36,332 nucleotides of DNA. Origin: Octopus bimaculoides. Taxonomy: Eukaryota. Positions 21,930 through 33,566 of this stretch are shown piece after piece. The translations under genes were made by a program, and so were the position numbers. The stretch's first letter is position 1; each line of letters begins with the position of its first letter. The stretch is from positions 76,494,345-76,530,676 of the forward strand of contig NC_068986.1 of the NCBI RefSeq assembly GCF_001194135.2, in the 5' to 3' direction. Under the pieces are notes generated by a model. It was not told the DNA's origin. It worked only from the letters and a program-made list of their open reading frames with translations, and did no database searches.

Positions 21930-22379
21930 GTGAGACTTGGTTTCATTTTAGTACTTGGAGAGCATTCAGTCAAAAACATAAAAATTTAAGTCTATTACAA
22001 TTTATCATGGTTCATGGAGATAATTCTAGAAAAACAAAACAAAAAAAAACCTGCAACAAAGTGACAAAGCAAAGATTATCCAGAATAGTTTCTGTCAAAT
22101 GAATTTCACACTAATTATTACTTTGTTGTGTCTAATACACATTAATTAAGATTCCTACCAACTCAGAATGACTGTTGGTTACCTCTCTATGTTGTCACTA
22201 TTTTCTCTGCTGTTTTGCTTGGACAAATTAACTGACTGCAACTGACTTGCTACTTACAAATTGACTAATTATTAATTTCTAACTTAGTGTTAGTAGCATC
22301 TTAACTAGTAGTAATTTACTACATAACTGCTGTGAAGTCAATAAAAATAATTCGAATATTGTCTAGAAGAAAGCTTGTA

Positions 22380-22670
22380 GTTGTTGTTTGCCATGATGGT
22401 GGTATTGGTGGTGGTGGTGATATTTATGGTTTGCAGTGGTGGTGATGGTTGTCGTTGTGGTGTAGGTGTTTGTGCTGATGGTGGTGGTAGCTGCATTTAG
22501 TAATAGTGATTGTAATTTATGGTATTGGTGGTAGTTAGAGCTACGGGGATGATGTTGGTGTTGTTCATTATGATGGTGATGATAGTGATCATGGTTATGG
22601 TGAAGACGGTTGTCATAGCTGTAATGCTAGTGGTGGTCTTGGTGGGGCAGTGGTTGTAGATAATGGACTT
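22380..22670. repeat. (GGT/GAT)-rich low-complexity tract
   Basis: Degenerate trinucleotide repeats. Confidence 0.85.
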
Positions 22671-22696
22671 CTATTTTTGAGGTAATACTCTTAACT

Positions 22697-23098
22697 CTCT
22701 TTACTCTTTCACTTGTTTCAGTCATTTGACTGCGGCCATGCTGGAGCACCGCCTTTAATCGAGCAAATCGACCCCAGGACTTATTCTTTGTAAGCCTAGT
22801 ACTTATTCTATCGGTCTCTTTTGCCGAACCGCTAAGTTATGGGGACGTAAACACACCGCCATCGGTTGTCAAGCGATGGGGGGGGGGGGCAAACACAGAC
22901 ACACAAACACACATACATATATATAAACATATATACGATGGGCTTCTTTCAGTTTCCGTCTACCAAATCCACTCACAAGGCTTTGGTCGGCCCGAGACTA
23001 TAGTAGAAGACACTTACCCAAGGTGCCACGCAGTGGGACTGAACCCGGAACCTTGTGGCTGGTTAGCAAGCTACTTACCACACAGCCACTCCTGCACC
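22697..23098 (-). mobile_element. SINE family B, full length
   Basis: Antisense tRNA-like head (gggactgaacccggaacc...ccacacagccactcctg), CORE-like cttacccaaggtgcc, CA/TA simple-repeat middle, tail tactctttcacttgtttcagtc. Confidence 0.92.
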
Positions 23099-23419
23099 TT
23101 TATTTATAACCCTTTATGTTTTAAGCCCAAATCATACTGAGATCAATTTTATCTTTTGTCTTTCAGGACTAATAAGAAAAAGTACCAGTCAAATACTAAA
23201 ATTAAATCAGTTGACTAAATTTTGTTCCTTCTGCCATTTTCCCTTTACATAACTTCTTCAGTTCTTTTCATTCTGGTTATTGGTTCAAACCAGCCTCTGG
23301 AACTGGGCTTGGATGACTGGACTGTAATAAAGATGGAGATGATGGAAATGGTGTTTATGTATGTGTGTGTAGTTGTTTGTAAATGTGCCTTTTTTTCTAA
23401 ATGTGTATGTGTGAGTTAT

Positions 23420-23930
23420 GAAGGTGTGTGGGCTAGAGGTTAGAGTGTTGCACTCATGATTACAAGATCGTGGTTTCAATTCCCAGACTGGATGTGCATT
23501 TGCTCTTGAGCAAAACACTTCATTTTCCCATTGCTCCAGTCCACTCAGCTGGCAAAAATGAGTAATCCTCTGACGGACCATCATCCCACCCAGGTGGGGA
23601 ATATATGCGCCATGGAAACTGGGAAAATGGTTCTTATGAGTTGGTATGACTCAAGAAGGAAGCTTTACCTTTTAGAGGAGGTGCATCGCTTAGTGGTTAG
23701 TTGTTGGACTCATGATTGTTAGATAGTGATTTCAGTTCTTGGACTGGGCGGCACATTGTGTTCTTGAGCAGAACACTTCATTTCATGTTGCTCCAGTCCA
23801 CTCAGCTGGCAAAAATGAGTAATCCCCTGATGGACCAGCATCCCGTCTAGGTGGGGAATAGATACGCCATAGAAACCAGGAAACTGGCCCTAATGAGTCG
23901 ATTTCACTCAAGAATGTAACTTTACCTTAA
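23420..23930 (+). mobile_element. Two head-to-tail copies of SINE family D
   Basis: Copies ~23420-23672 and ~23677-23930 share cttgagca.aacacttcattt...ttgctccagtccactcagctggcaaaaatgagtaatcc...ggtggggaata; tRNA-like heads. Confidence 0.85.
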
Positions 23931-24357
23931 TTTAAATGGGTNNNNNNNNNNNNNNNNNNNNNNNNNNNNNNNNNNNNNNNNNNNNNNNNNNNNNNNNNNN
24001 NNNNNNNNNNNNNNNNNNNNNNNNNNNNNNNNNNNNNNNNNNNNNNNNNNNNNNNNNNNNNNNNNNNNNNNNNNNNNNNNNNNNNNNNNNNNNNNNNNNN
24101 NNNNNNNNNNNNNNNNNNNNNNNNNNNNNNNNNNNNNNNNNNNNNNNNNNNNNNNNNNNNNNNNNNNNNNNNNNNNNNNNNNNNNNNNNNNNNNNNNNNN
24201 NNNNNNNNNNNNNNNNNNNNNNNNNNNNNNNNNNNNNNNNNNNNNNNNNNNNNNNNNNNNNNNNNNNNNNNNNNNNNNNNNNNNNNNNNNNNNNNNNNNN
24301 NNNNNNNNNNNNNNNNNNNNNNNNNNNNNNNNNNNNNNNNNNNNNNNNNNNNNNNNN

Positions 24358-24780
24358 TTCCATGCTAGCATGGGTTGGATGATTTGACTGAGGACTGGTG
24401 AACCAGATAGCTACACCAGGCTCCAATCTCATTTGGCAGAGTTTCTACAGCCGGATGACCTTCCTAATGCCAACCACTCCGAGAGTGTAGTGGGTGCTTT
24501 TACGTGCCACCGGCACAAAGGCCAGTCAGGAGGTACTGGCAACGGCCATGCTCGAAATGGTGTAATTTACGTGCCACCTGCACAGGAGCTAGTCCAGCGG
24601 TACTGGCAACAAACTTGCTCGAATGTCTTTTCATGTGCCACTGGCACAAGTGCCAGGAAGGCGACGTTGGTAACGATCACGCTCAAATGGTGCTAGTTAT
24701 GTTCCCCCAGCACGGAAGCCAGACAGCTGGTGCTCTGGCAACGATCACGCTCGGACAGTGCTCTTAGTGATCTACTGGTA
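24358..24780 (-). mobile_element. SINE-like family E
   Basis: catgctagcatgggttgg...tttctacagc.ggatg.ccttcctaa.gccaaccac..agagtgtagtgggtgc; other copies ~28095-28500 (-), 30134-30302 (+), 31470-31690 (-), 33528-33960 (-), 35510-35680 (-), 36240-36332 (+). Confidence 0.85.
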
Positions 24781-24867
24781 CAGATGTTTATCGATATGTC
24801 TATGCCTGTGTTTTTGTAAATATATGTTGATGTTTTTGTAAATGTGTATGTGTAGGTTTGTAAATAT

Positions 24868-25300
24868 GTTTAGGTGTGGTTGTGTGGTTAGGAAATTTAC
24901 TTCCCAACCACATGGTTCTGGGTTCAGTCCCACTGTGTGGTACCTTGAGTAAAATGTTTTCTACTCAAGCTCAGGGCTGACCAAAACCTTGTGAGTGGAT
25001 TTGGTAGATAGAAATTGAAAGAAGCCGGCGAGCTGACAGAAGCATTAGCACACCGGGCGAAATGCTTAGCGGTATTTCGTCTGCCGCTACATTCTGAGTT
25101 CAAATTCCGTCAAGGTCGACTTTGCCTTTCATCCTTTCAGGGTCGATAAATTAAGTACCAGTTACGCACTGGGGTCGATATGATCGACTTAATCCCTTTG
25201 TCTGTCCTTGTTTGTCCCTTAGCCCTTTGTGGGTAATAAAGAAATAAGAAACTGAAAGAAGCCTGCCATGTATATATGTATATATATTCTTTTACTTGTT
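24868..25300 (+). mobile_element. SINE B head interrupted by SINE C (25025-25246) with ~15-bp TSD
   Basis: agaaattgaaagaag (25010-25024) and agaaactgaaagaag (25247-25261) flank the family C copy. Confidence 0.85.
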
Positions 25301-27138
25301 TCAGTCATTTGACAGTGGCCATGCTGGAGCACCGTGTGTTCGTTACTGTCTCTTTGACTTGACATTGTGTGATAGTTGTAAACAAGTGTCACTGAATGCA
25401 AGTGGTGTCCTTCATTTTCAATATTCTGTGATATTTTGGTGAAGGGGAAATATCTTACTTGGAAACAAGTGAGAGTTGGTGACAGGAAGGGCATCTGACT
25501 GCAGAAAATCAGCCTCAGCAAAATTCTGTCCAACCCATGCAAGCTTAGAAAAGTGCACATTAAAAAACTATGATGATGATGATGATGTGGGTTTGTAAAT
25601 ATGCTTCAAGTGGTGTTGAGTGGAATAGAATTAATCTGACACCCAGTTTAACATAGACATTTGATCTTCAGATTTATCTTTAGTAGAGCTCATTCTCTTG
25701 ATCTTTGGCTGTATAGAATTAATCAGTTGCCTGATTTAACCCACTTAGCCCTTTGATGGTTTCAACAGAGTTCATTTTGACCTAATTTCTAGTCTGAAGC
25801 TAACAAGAACTTTCTCCCTTCTTCCCACCATTTGTGGAGATCCTATAAAGGGTCATGTGCTGGACCCTTCTCTGATAAAGCAATGAAAAAAAAAAATTAG
25901 ACTTTAGAAACCAGTATTTTTATTTTGCTATTTATTATACACACATACTCTTTTACTCTTTTACTTGTTTCAGTCATTTGACTGCGGCCATGCTGGAGCA
26001 CTGCCTTTAGTTGAGCAAATCGACCCTAGGACTTATTCTTTGGAAGCCTAGTNNNNNNNNNNNNNNNNNNNNNNNNNNNNNNNNNNNNNNNNNNNNNNNN
26101 NNNNNNNNNNNNNNNNNNNNNNNNNNNNNNNNNNNNNNNNNNNNNNNNNNNNNNNNNNNNNNNNNNNNNNNNNNNNNNNNNNNNNNNNNNNNNNNNNNNN
26201 NNNNNNNNNNNNNNNNNNNNNNNNNNNNNNNNNNNNNNNNNNNNNNNNNNNNNNNNNNNNNNNNNNNNNNNNNNNNNNNNNNNNNNNNNNNNNNNNNNNN
26301 NNNNNNNNNNNNNNNNNNNNNNNNNNNNNNNNNNNNNNNNNNNNNNNNNNNNNNNNNNNNNNNNNNNNNNNNNNNNNNNNNNNNNNNNNNNNNNNNNNNN
26401 NNNNNNNNNNNNNNNNNNNNNNNNNNNNNNNNNNNNNNNNNNNNNNNNNNNNNNNNNNNNNNNNNNNNNNNNNNNNNNNNNNNNNNNNNNNNNNNNNNNN
26501 NNNNNNNNNNNNNNNNNNNNNNNNNNNNNNNNNNNNNNNNNNNNNNNNNNNNNNNNNNNNNNNNNNNNNNNNNNNNNNNNNNNNNNNNNNNNNNNNNNNN
26601 NNNNNNNNNNNNNNNNNNNNNNNNNNNNNNNNNNNNNNNNNNNNNNNNNNNNNNNNNNNNNNNNNNNNNNNNNNNNNNNNNNNNNNNNNNNNNNNNNNNN
26701 NNNNNNNNNNNNNNNNNNNNNNNNNNNNNNNNNNNNNNNNNNNNNNNNNNNNNNNNNNNNNNNNNNNNNNNNNNNNNNNNNNNNNNNNNNNNNNNNNNNN
26801 NNNNNNNNNNNNNNNNNNNNNNNNNNNNNNNNNNNNNNNNNNNNNNNNNNNNNNNNNNNNNNNNNNNNNNNNNNNNNNNNNNNNNNNNNNNNNNNNNNNN
26901 NNNNNNNNNNNNNNNNNNNNNNNNNNNNNNNNNNNNNNNNNNNNNNNNNNNNNNNNNNNNNNNNNNNNNNNNNNNNNNNNNNNNNNNNNNNNNNNNNNNN
27001 NNNNNNNNNNNNNATATATATATTTAAGTGGCAATATACTACACTTTATCGTGCAGTTACTGTTAATACTTCATTTAGAGAATTAACATTGCTTGTTTTC
27101 ACCTTTTCGATATCAGTGAAGAATTTCACTTGAAAAGA

Positions 27139-27174
<36 letters not shown>

Positions 27175-27660
27175 GTATATTTACATACACATGCCATTCT
27201 CAAATTTCAAAAGCAGGAAAAAAGTTTAAAGGTCAGAAAGTTGTTTTCATTGTTGTTAGATAGACATTTGATTGAAGTTTCAGTCAAACACATAGAGGGT
27301 GGCCCACAAATATCAGTAAATTTGGCATAAAATATACTGAAGTTGTGACTTCTTATTCCTCTTACGTCATACATATTTACTTTTCTCAATTCTACAGGTC
27401 TAGATAGTTGAAATTTACACACAGAATTGTAGGACTTACACTCAGAACTGCAGGAGTTACACTTGGAATTGTAAGTATCTGTAAAGCTCACGAATTATTT
27501 ATTGTATGTATGTATCTATCTTTTACTTGTTTCAGTTATTGGATTGCGGCCATGCTGGGGCACCACCTTGAAAAGTTTACTCATGGGTACTACTTAAACA
27601 AACACTAGTTGTTAAACAGTGGGTGGGGGATACTACCCATATATGTATATATATATATAT

Positions 27661-27834
27661 GGGAGAATTTACGAAAAAACAACAACAAACGAGGACAGGT
27701 GGTGTAAACAACAAAAGGATGTATTAGTTTAACGCTTGGGAACAGAGAAAATCTTTAACGTTTCGAGCTACGCTCTTCAACAGAAAGAAATAAGGAGAAA
27801 AAAAATTAAATGTCGTGGTCAGCGATCTATCATG

Positions 27835-27838
<4 letters not shown>
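27661..27838 (-). mobile_element. Short PLE-derived repeat carrying a variant hammerhead
   Basis: Minus strand 27788-27752 reads ucuuu CUGUUGA a gagc-gua-gcuc GAAA cg UU aaaga; flanked by TA runs. Confidence 0.55.
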
Positions 27839-27870
<32 letters not shown>

Positions 27871-27989
27871 NNNNNNNNNNNNNNNNNNNNNNNNNNNNNN
27901 NNNNNNNNNNNNNNNNNNNNNNNNNNNNNNNNNNNNNNNNNNNNNNNNNNNNNNNNNNNNNNNNNNNNNNNNNNNNNNNNNNNNNNNNN

Positions 27990-28022
<33 letters not shown>

Positions 28023-28649
28023 TATATACAATGAACTCCTTTTACTTTCCATCTACCAGATCCATTCACAAGGCTTTGACTGGCCCACAGTTATCGTCAT
28101 TTAGTGCCTGCTAAATGGGTTAGACAGTTTGACTGAAACTGCTAAGCTGGAGAGCTGCACCAGGTTCCAATCTGGTCTGGTATGGTTTCAATGGCTGGTT
28201 GCCCTTCCTAATGCCAACCACTCCAAGAATGTCATGGGTGCTTATTATGTGCCACTGGCACTAGTGCCAGTTACGTGACATTGGCATCAGCCATGACTGA
28301 TTTCACTTGGCTTGATGAGTCTTCTCATGCACAGCGTATCACTGAAGATCTCAGTCACTTATCACTACCATGAGGCTCAACATTCAAAGGGTTATTTTTA
28401 TGTGCCACTGACACAGGTACCTGTTACATGACACCAGCATTGGCTATGACTACGCTTTCACTTGACAGGTCTTCTCAACCAGGTTTCACTTGGCTTGACG
28501 AGTCTTTTTTGAAGATATTTGTTGAAAGTGCTTAGCTGTGAGACTGAACCCAAGGTCATTTGGTTGGGAAGCTAGCTTCTTACCAACACAGCTATGCCTG
28601 CTTTCTATCAATGAGTCATCTGGTTTTTAAATACAGTTTGTTGGTTGTC

Positions 28650-28856
28650 TTTGTAGTTGGAGCTGTTATATTGTATGTAGTACTTGTTTATTTAAATGGC
28701 CTCCAGTTGGGACCATACAATATATGTTGTACATCTGTATTTAAATGACCTTCAGCTGGAGGTGTTATGGTGTATGCTATACATGTATATTTAAAATGGT
28801 TTCCAGCTGGTGGCCTTATAATTTTTTTTTGTACATGTACATTTAAATGGTTTCTG
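28650..28856. repeat. ~50-bp minisatellite, 3-4 diverged copies
   Basis: atttaaa(a)tg...cag(c/t)tgg...tacat units start at 28690, 28739, 28789 and 28841. Confidence 0.8.
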
Positions 28857-30133
28857 ATTTTGTTCTTTGAATTGACTACTGTAGAGTACTCATTACATAT
28901 CATTAGCAACAGTTGTCCTGAAATTCTCTAAGGTATCAAACATTCATCTCTGTTGGTGCAAACACACCTGTATGGTTAAGAATTTCACTTTGCAACTATG
29001 TAATTAATTTGAAGTTATTATCTCACTGCATAGTACCTTGGGCAAGTGTTTCCCCACTATAGTTTGGGATTGACGGAATTCTAGTCAGTGTAATTCAGTA
29101 GATGGAAACTGTAGAAACCTATCAGATGGATTGTTCTTGTTTTTGGATATCAGACCTATTCTAGTGCCCAGTTTAACGCCACCACCATACCATTAGATGC
29201 TTGTTCTAGGTTACTCTTTATTGCAAACATTCAAATATCATCTCTGGTCTGAAGAAAATTTTTTTCCTTTCCTTCCACCATTCCACCAGTCACATGGGCT
29301 CTGAAAGGATCTCATGGATGCTACCCTTCCACTCTAAAAAAGCTCATGTAAAAATTCAAAAAATCCAACTTCAATTATGGGGGAACAAGCATGCAACATT
29401 TAGTCTAACATCAGTAGAAAAGGCTCCCTGCATTTTTCCAGTCAATATGGAACTATTTGAGATATCTCAACCATCAATGTTATGAATGTTTTGTATGAAA
29501 GGCTACCAACATGATGGGTGAGTTCTGCTAAATGCTAAGGTACTGAAAGTGGAAAAAAGGAACAAGTAATGTTTCATTACTGATACAAACTTATATTTTT
29601 GCTATGTATGGAAGAAGCTGTCAATAATATGAAAGGGTTTGCCTCTTTATTAATTACTTCAGCGTTGATTAGCTTATATCTATATTATCTTTTATCTTTT
29701 ATTTGTTTCAGTCAATAGACTGTGGCCATGTTGGGGCACCACCTTGGAGAACTTTTTAGTTGCATGAATCAACACCAGTATTTATTTTTTTTTTAAGCTT
29801 GGTACTTATTCTGTTGGGTTGCTTTTGCTGAACTGCTAAGTCATGGGGATGTAAACACATCAGCACCAGTTGTCAAGTGTTGTTGGGAGACAAACACAGA
29901 TACAAAGACACACACTGCCATGAAGGTAGTATCTGATGATTGTGCTGGGACACTAGACATATTATCAAACAATGTTTGGCGTATTCACAGCACATGAAAC
30001 TAATAGTAGCACCTAAAAACATATATTTTGTCCACTAAATAATATTTATCTCTCACAAGAGGAAGTACTATTTTTTTGCTGATCTTACCATCATGGAAAC
30101 AGTGCATTACATATATATATATATATATATAAG

Positions 30134-30445
30134 CACCCACTACACTCTCGGAGTGGTTGGCGTTAGGAAGGGCATCCAGCTGTAGAAACTCTGCCAAATC
30201 AGATTGGAGCCTGGTGTAGCCATCTGGTTCACCAGTCCTCAGTCAAATCATCCAACCCATGCTAGCATGGAAAGCGGACGTTAAACGATGATGATGATGA
30301 TGATATATATGATGGGCTTCTTTCAATTACCATCTATCAAATTCACTCACAAGGCTTTGGTCAGCCCAAGGTGCTACATAGTGGGACTGAACCTGGAACT
30401 ATGTGGATGGGAAGCAAGCTTCTTACCACAGCCATGCCACGCCTA
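30134..30445. mobile_element. SINE family E (+, 30134-30302) abutting a SINE B head (-, 30305-30445)
   Basis: Family E copy ends in an (ATG)n tail; the following sequence matches the family B head. Confidence 0.85.
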
Positions 30446-30744
30446 TATTACTAAACCATTACTAATTACTTCTGTAGCAATTACCTGAGCCAGAGCTAAA
30501 TATATCTGATAAGTTAATGGTTATAAACAGGTTCGTTTACTAATTAGTGCTGTTTGACTCATCAGTATTGCTAATGATTTCTTGAGAGGAATGAAGGTAT
30601 CTTAATCTTGTTCTTTCATTCACATTGTGTTATGCTCTAACTATACACAAGGATCTTGAAATAATATTGAAAGCTGTAGAGCAACATTTAAGCTCCCTGA
30701 CAAGTTCATTAATGTTGTGTTTCCTGGTTATCCAGCTCTCAACT

Positions 30745-30785
30745 GGTGGTGATAACAATGTTAGTATTGGTGATGACAACGATGT

Positions 30786-30816
<31 letters not shown>

Positions 30817-30950
30817 GGTGGATATAATGATGGTGATAGTGATGATGAGGGTGATAGTGGTGGTGATAGTGATGATAATGATGGTGGTGGCAACGATGAT
30901 AATGATTATAATAGTGGTGGTGGTGATAGAGATGATGATAATGTTATCGA
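30745..30950. repeat. (GAT/GGT)n low-complexity tract
   Basis: Explains the poly-D/G, poly-M/V and poly-I/T ORFs on both strands. Confidence 0.9.
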
Positions 30951-31120
30951 TCATTCACTTCATTAATGGAGGCCTACTCTCCCCATCAGCAGAAATTCAT
31001 AAAGCCCACTCCCATGCTAGTTGGATCTGGTGGGGAGGCTCCTTGGATCATGGGCGTGGGGAATGGCCATATACTGACTGAATCCCTCCCCCTTAAGAGT
31101 GGTGTTGGTAGTAGTAGAAG

Positions 31121-31165
31121 AACTATGTCACTGTCAACTATGTCACTGTCAACTATGTCACTGTC
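31121..31165. repeat. Perfect 15-bp tandem repeat x3 (aactatgtcactgtc)
   Basis: Direct observation. Confidence 0.95.
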
Positions 31166-31905
31166 ATGAATGAATGATAATTTAGTAAACTGAGAGTAGT
31201 GAAGGTCAAAGGTGAGGAGGAGAAGGAAGAGGAGGAAGTCAATAGGATGTCTGTTCTTGAGATAACAGTAGCACTTGAATTAAGAAGCTGACATTTGACA
31301 AGTGTGTACCAACATATGTCAGCCAAAACTGTCTAATTCCACTGATAAATGTCACATTAATTGTATTGTCACTCAGTAGTGTGTTCTACTGAGTGAAAAC
31401 AACACAACGTGGATGGCCTAAAAGGGGCCATCTAAGCATATTGTTTAGATCTGCAAGATACAGTAGCCAAATCATCATTATCATCATTAAACGTCCGCTT
31501 TCCATGCTAGCATGGGTTGGACAATTTGACTGAGGACTGGTGAAACCAGATGGCTACACCAGGCTCCAATCTGATTTGGCAGAGTTTCTACAGCTGGATG
31601 CCCTTCCTAACGCCAACCACTCAGAGAGTGTAGTGGGTGCTTTTACGTGCCACTGGCACGAATGCCAGTCAGGCGGTACTGGCAACTCTCTATGAAATTG
31701 CATCCAACTGTCTTAAATGAAGAAAACACAAATGAGATAATGTTTTAAGGACACATTTCCATTAAAAAAAAAAAAGGATGGTTATGGCTGGGACATGAAG
31801 TAGATCAAAGGGCTGCTGCATGACAGTTGACCAGATGCTAAAGAACAAGTTGAAATTTATGAAATTTACATGGTAATTGTTGCAAGTGAAGGTTAGTGGT
31901 TTTAA

Positions 31906-32599
31906 GGGATCTTTTCTGTTTGGCTGTCTCTTTTCAATTTCTTAAATTTTGTTCCAATTGATTTCAAATTTTGTGTATTGATGTAGTTTTGTATGCTCAT
32001 TATTATCACGAAATTCATTTTTGCCATCAATCAATAAAAAATAGTTAATAACTTTCAAAGTTTGCAAATTTTAGGTAATTTTAGCCACTCGAAAGCCACA
32101 AACATAATAACAAGCCAAGCATTAGCAACTCTCCTGTAAAACCTTGTGTGTTTACAAAAAGATATTTCATTTGTTTACAGTTAAGTTTTGGGGGTCTTAA
32201 AACTATAAAATGTGTTGTTTACTCTTTTTTTCACATTAAATGCATATTGAATGCTTAAAACTACAAAATATGAGTTGTTTACTCCTTTTTTTGGTTATTT
32301 CTTGCTTATTAAATGCTTAGAATGCATGCTATCATTGCAATGTTTACGTTATTGTTTTGTCGTCTGACAATTGCAGTAACATACACAAAATGACTGCTTC
32401 CAAATCCTGTTTTCTGACTGGGTAAAAATTATCAAACTTTAAACCTCTGTAACTTTGAAAAAAAAAACAAAAAAGAAATTTCTGGAACAAGTGAATTAGG
32501 CCCTAAGATTCAGCATGAAAAATTACATCAATACACTAAATTCGAAAATTTTCTCTTAGTTCTAAAATTTCAAAAAGCGCAGCCAAACAGAAAAGGTCC
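31906..32599. mobile_element. Non-autonomous DNA transposon with ~100-bp imperfect TIRs (TTAA/TA-flanked; superfamily unclear)
   Basis: Left gggatcttttctgtttggctg...tgtgtattgatgtagtttt; right aaaattacatcaatacact...cagccaaacagaaaaggtcc; flanks TTAA / TTAT. Confidence 0.7.
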
Positions 32600-33059
32600 T
32601 TATTAAGATTTAAACACTGCTTCATCATCTTCACCACTGCCACCACCACTACTAGAATATAGAAGGATGAAACTCAGCCATTTCTATCATTCTGCTGCTG
32701 CTACCACCACCACTGCTGAGGACTGCGCCAACTTCCAATGTCTGCTTTGTTTGTGCATTGTTTGTGCAGCTGGATGTCCTTAACACCATCCACTTTATAG
32801 AGTTAGCTCACTGACACTAGTGAGGTCACCAAATAATTTGAAAGACAAGACCTCCCAACTGAATTGGGATTGGGATGTCGCATTGATAGAGGTGGCTTTA
32901 TTTCAGGTTGAGGGGCTAGATATGATAGAGGGACAGGAATAGATATCTTGCTATAGAGGAGGTATATGGGTATCCCAACTGAAAAGAGATAATAGAGATG
33001 ATGATGATGATGTGTTGGGGTATATATAATGTGTGTGTATATGTATATATGTGGCCTGG

Positions 33060-33365
33060 TACTCTGTCGGTCATGAGTGTCCTAGTTGATCTGATTAAGG
33101 GAACAACCTATTCGTGAAATTAACGTGCAAGTGGCTGAGCACTCCACAGAAACATATACACTTAACATAGTTTCCTGGGAGATTCAGCATGACACAGAAT
33201 GTGACAAAGTTGGCCCTTTTGAATTACAGATGGAACTCATTTTTGCCAGTTGAGTGGATTGAAGTAACATGAAAAAAGTGTTTTGCTCAAGGACACAATG
33301 CACCACTGGGAATCGAACTTATGATCATGAGCTGAATACCATAACCATTAAGCCACATGCCTTCC
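33060..33365 (-). mobile_element. SINE family A'
   Basis: Family A body followed by the ..tgctcaaggacacaatgcaccactgggaatcgaac.. head, as at 2009-2262. Confidence 0.75.
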
Positions 33366-33527
33366 CTTTTCTATATGTACTTGTATATCTTTCATCGGTG
33401 TATAATTGACAAAGGATGTACATATTGCTGAGAAAACCAAAAGGTGGTTTTTAAACTAGAGCTGTAGAATTGGTTCACAAAATCTCTGATTTGCACGCCA
33501 TCTCCTCAATTTATAGTATTTTCTGCC

Positions 33528-33566
<39 letters not shown>

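Noticed and set aside
23136-23215. Strong-looking acceptor ttttatcttttgtctttcAG at 23166
   Set aside because: The segment aligns to a decayed SINE C (ctttcatcctttcggggtcgataaa..agtaccag).
23420-23930. Repeat-spacer-like periodicity suggesting CRISPR
   Set aside because: Two SINE copies; eukaryotic context, no regular short repeats with unique spacers, no cas genes.
18198-27034. Long ORFs made of X residues
   Set aside because: Artefacts of N gaps.
30625-31081. Poly-Asp/Gly, Met/Val and Ile/Thr ORFs
   Set aside because: Translations of a GAT/GGT trinucleotide tract; the HTYI/CVCV ORFs elsewhere are likewise microsatellites.
31412-31432. Hairpin as a histone stem-loop (minus strand ggccccttttaggcc)
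   Set aside because: Does not give the 6-bp stem / 4-nt loop geometry or the ACCA flank.
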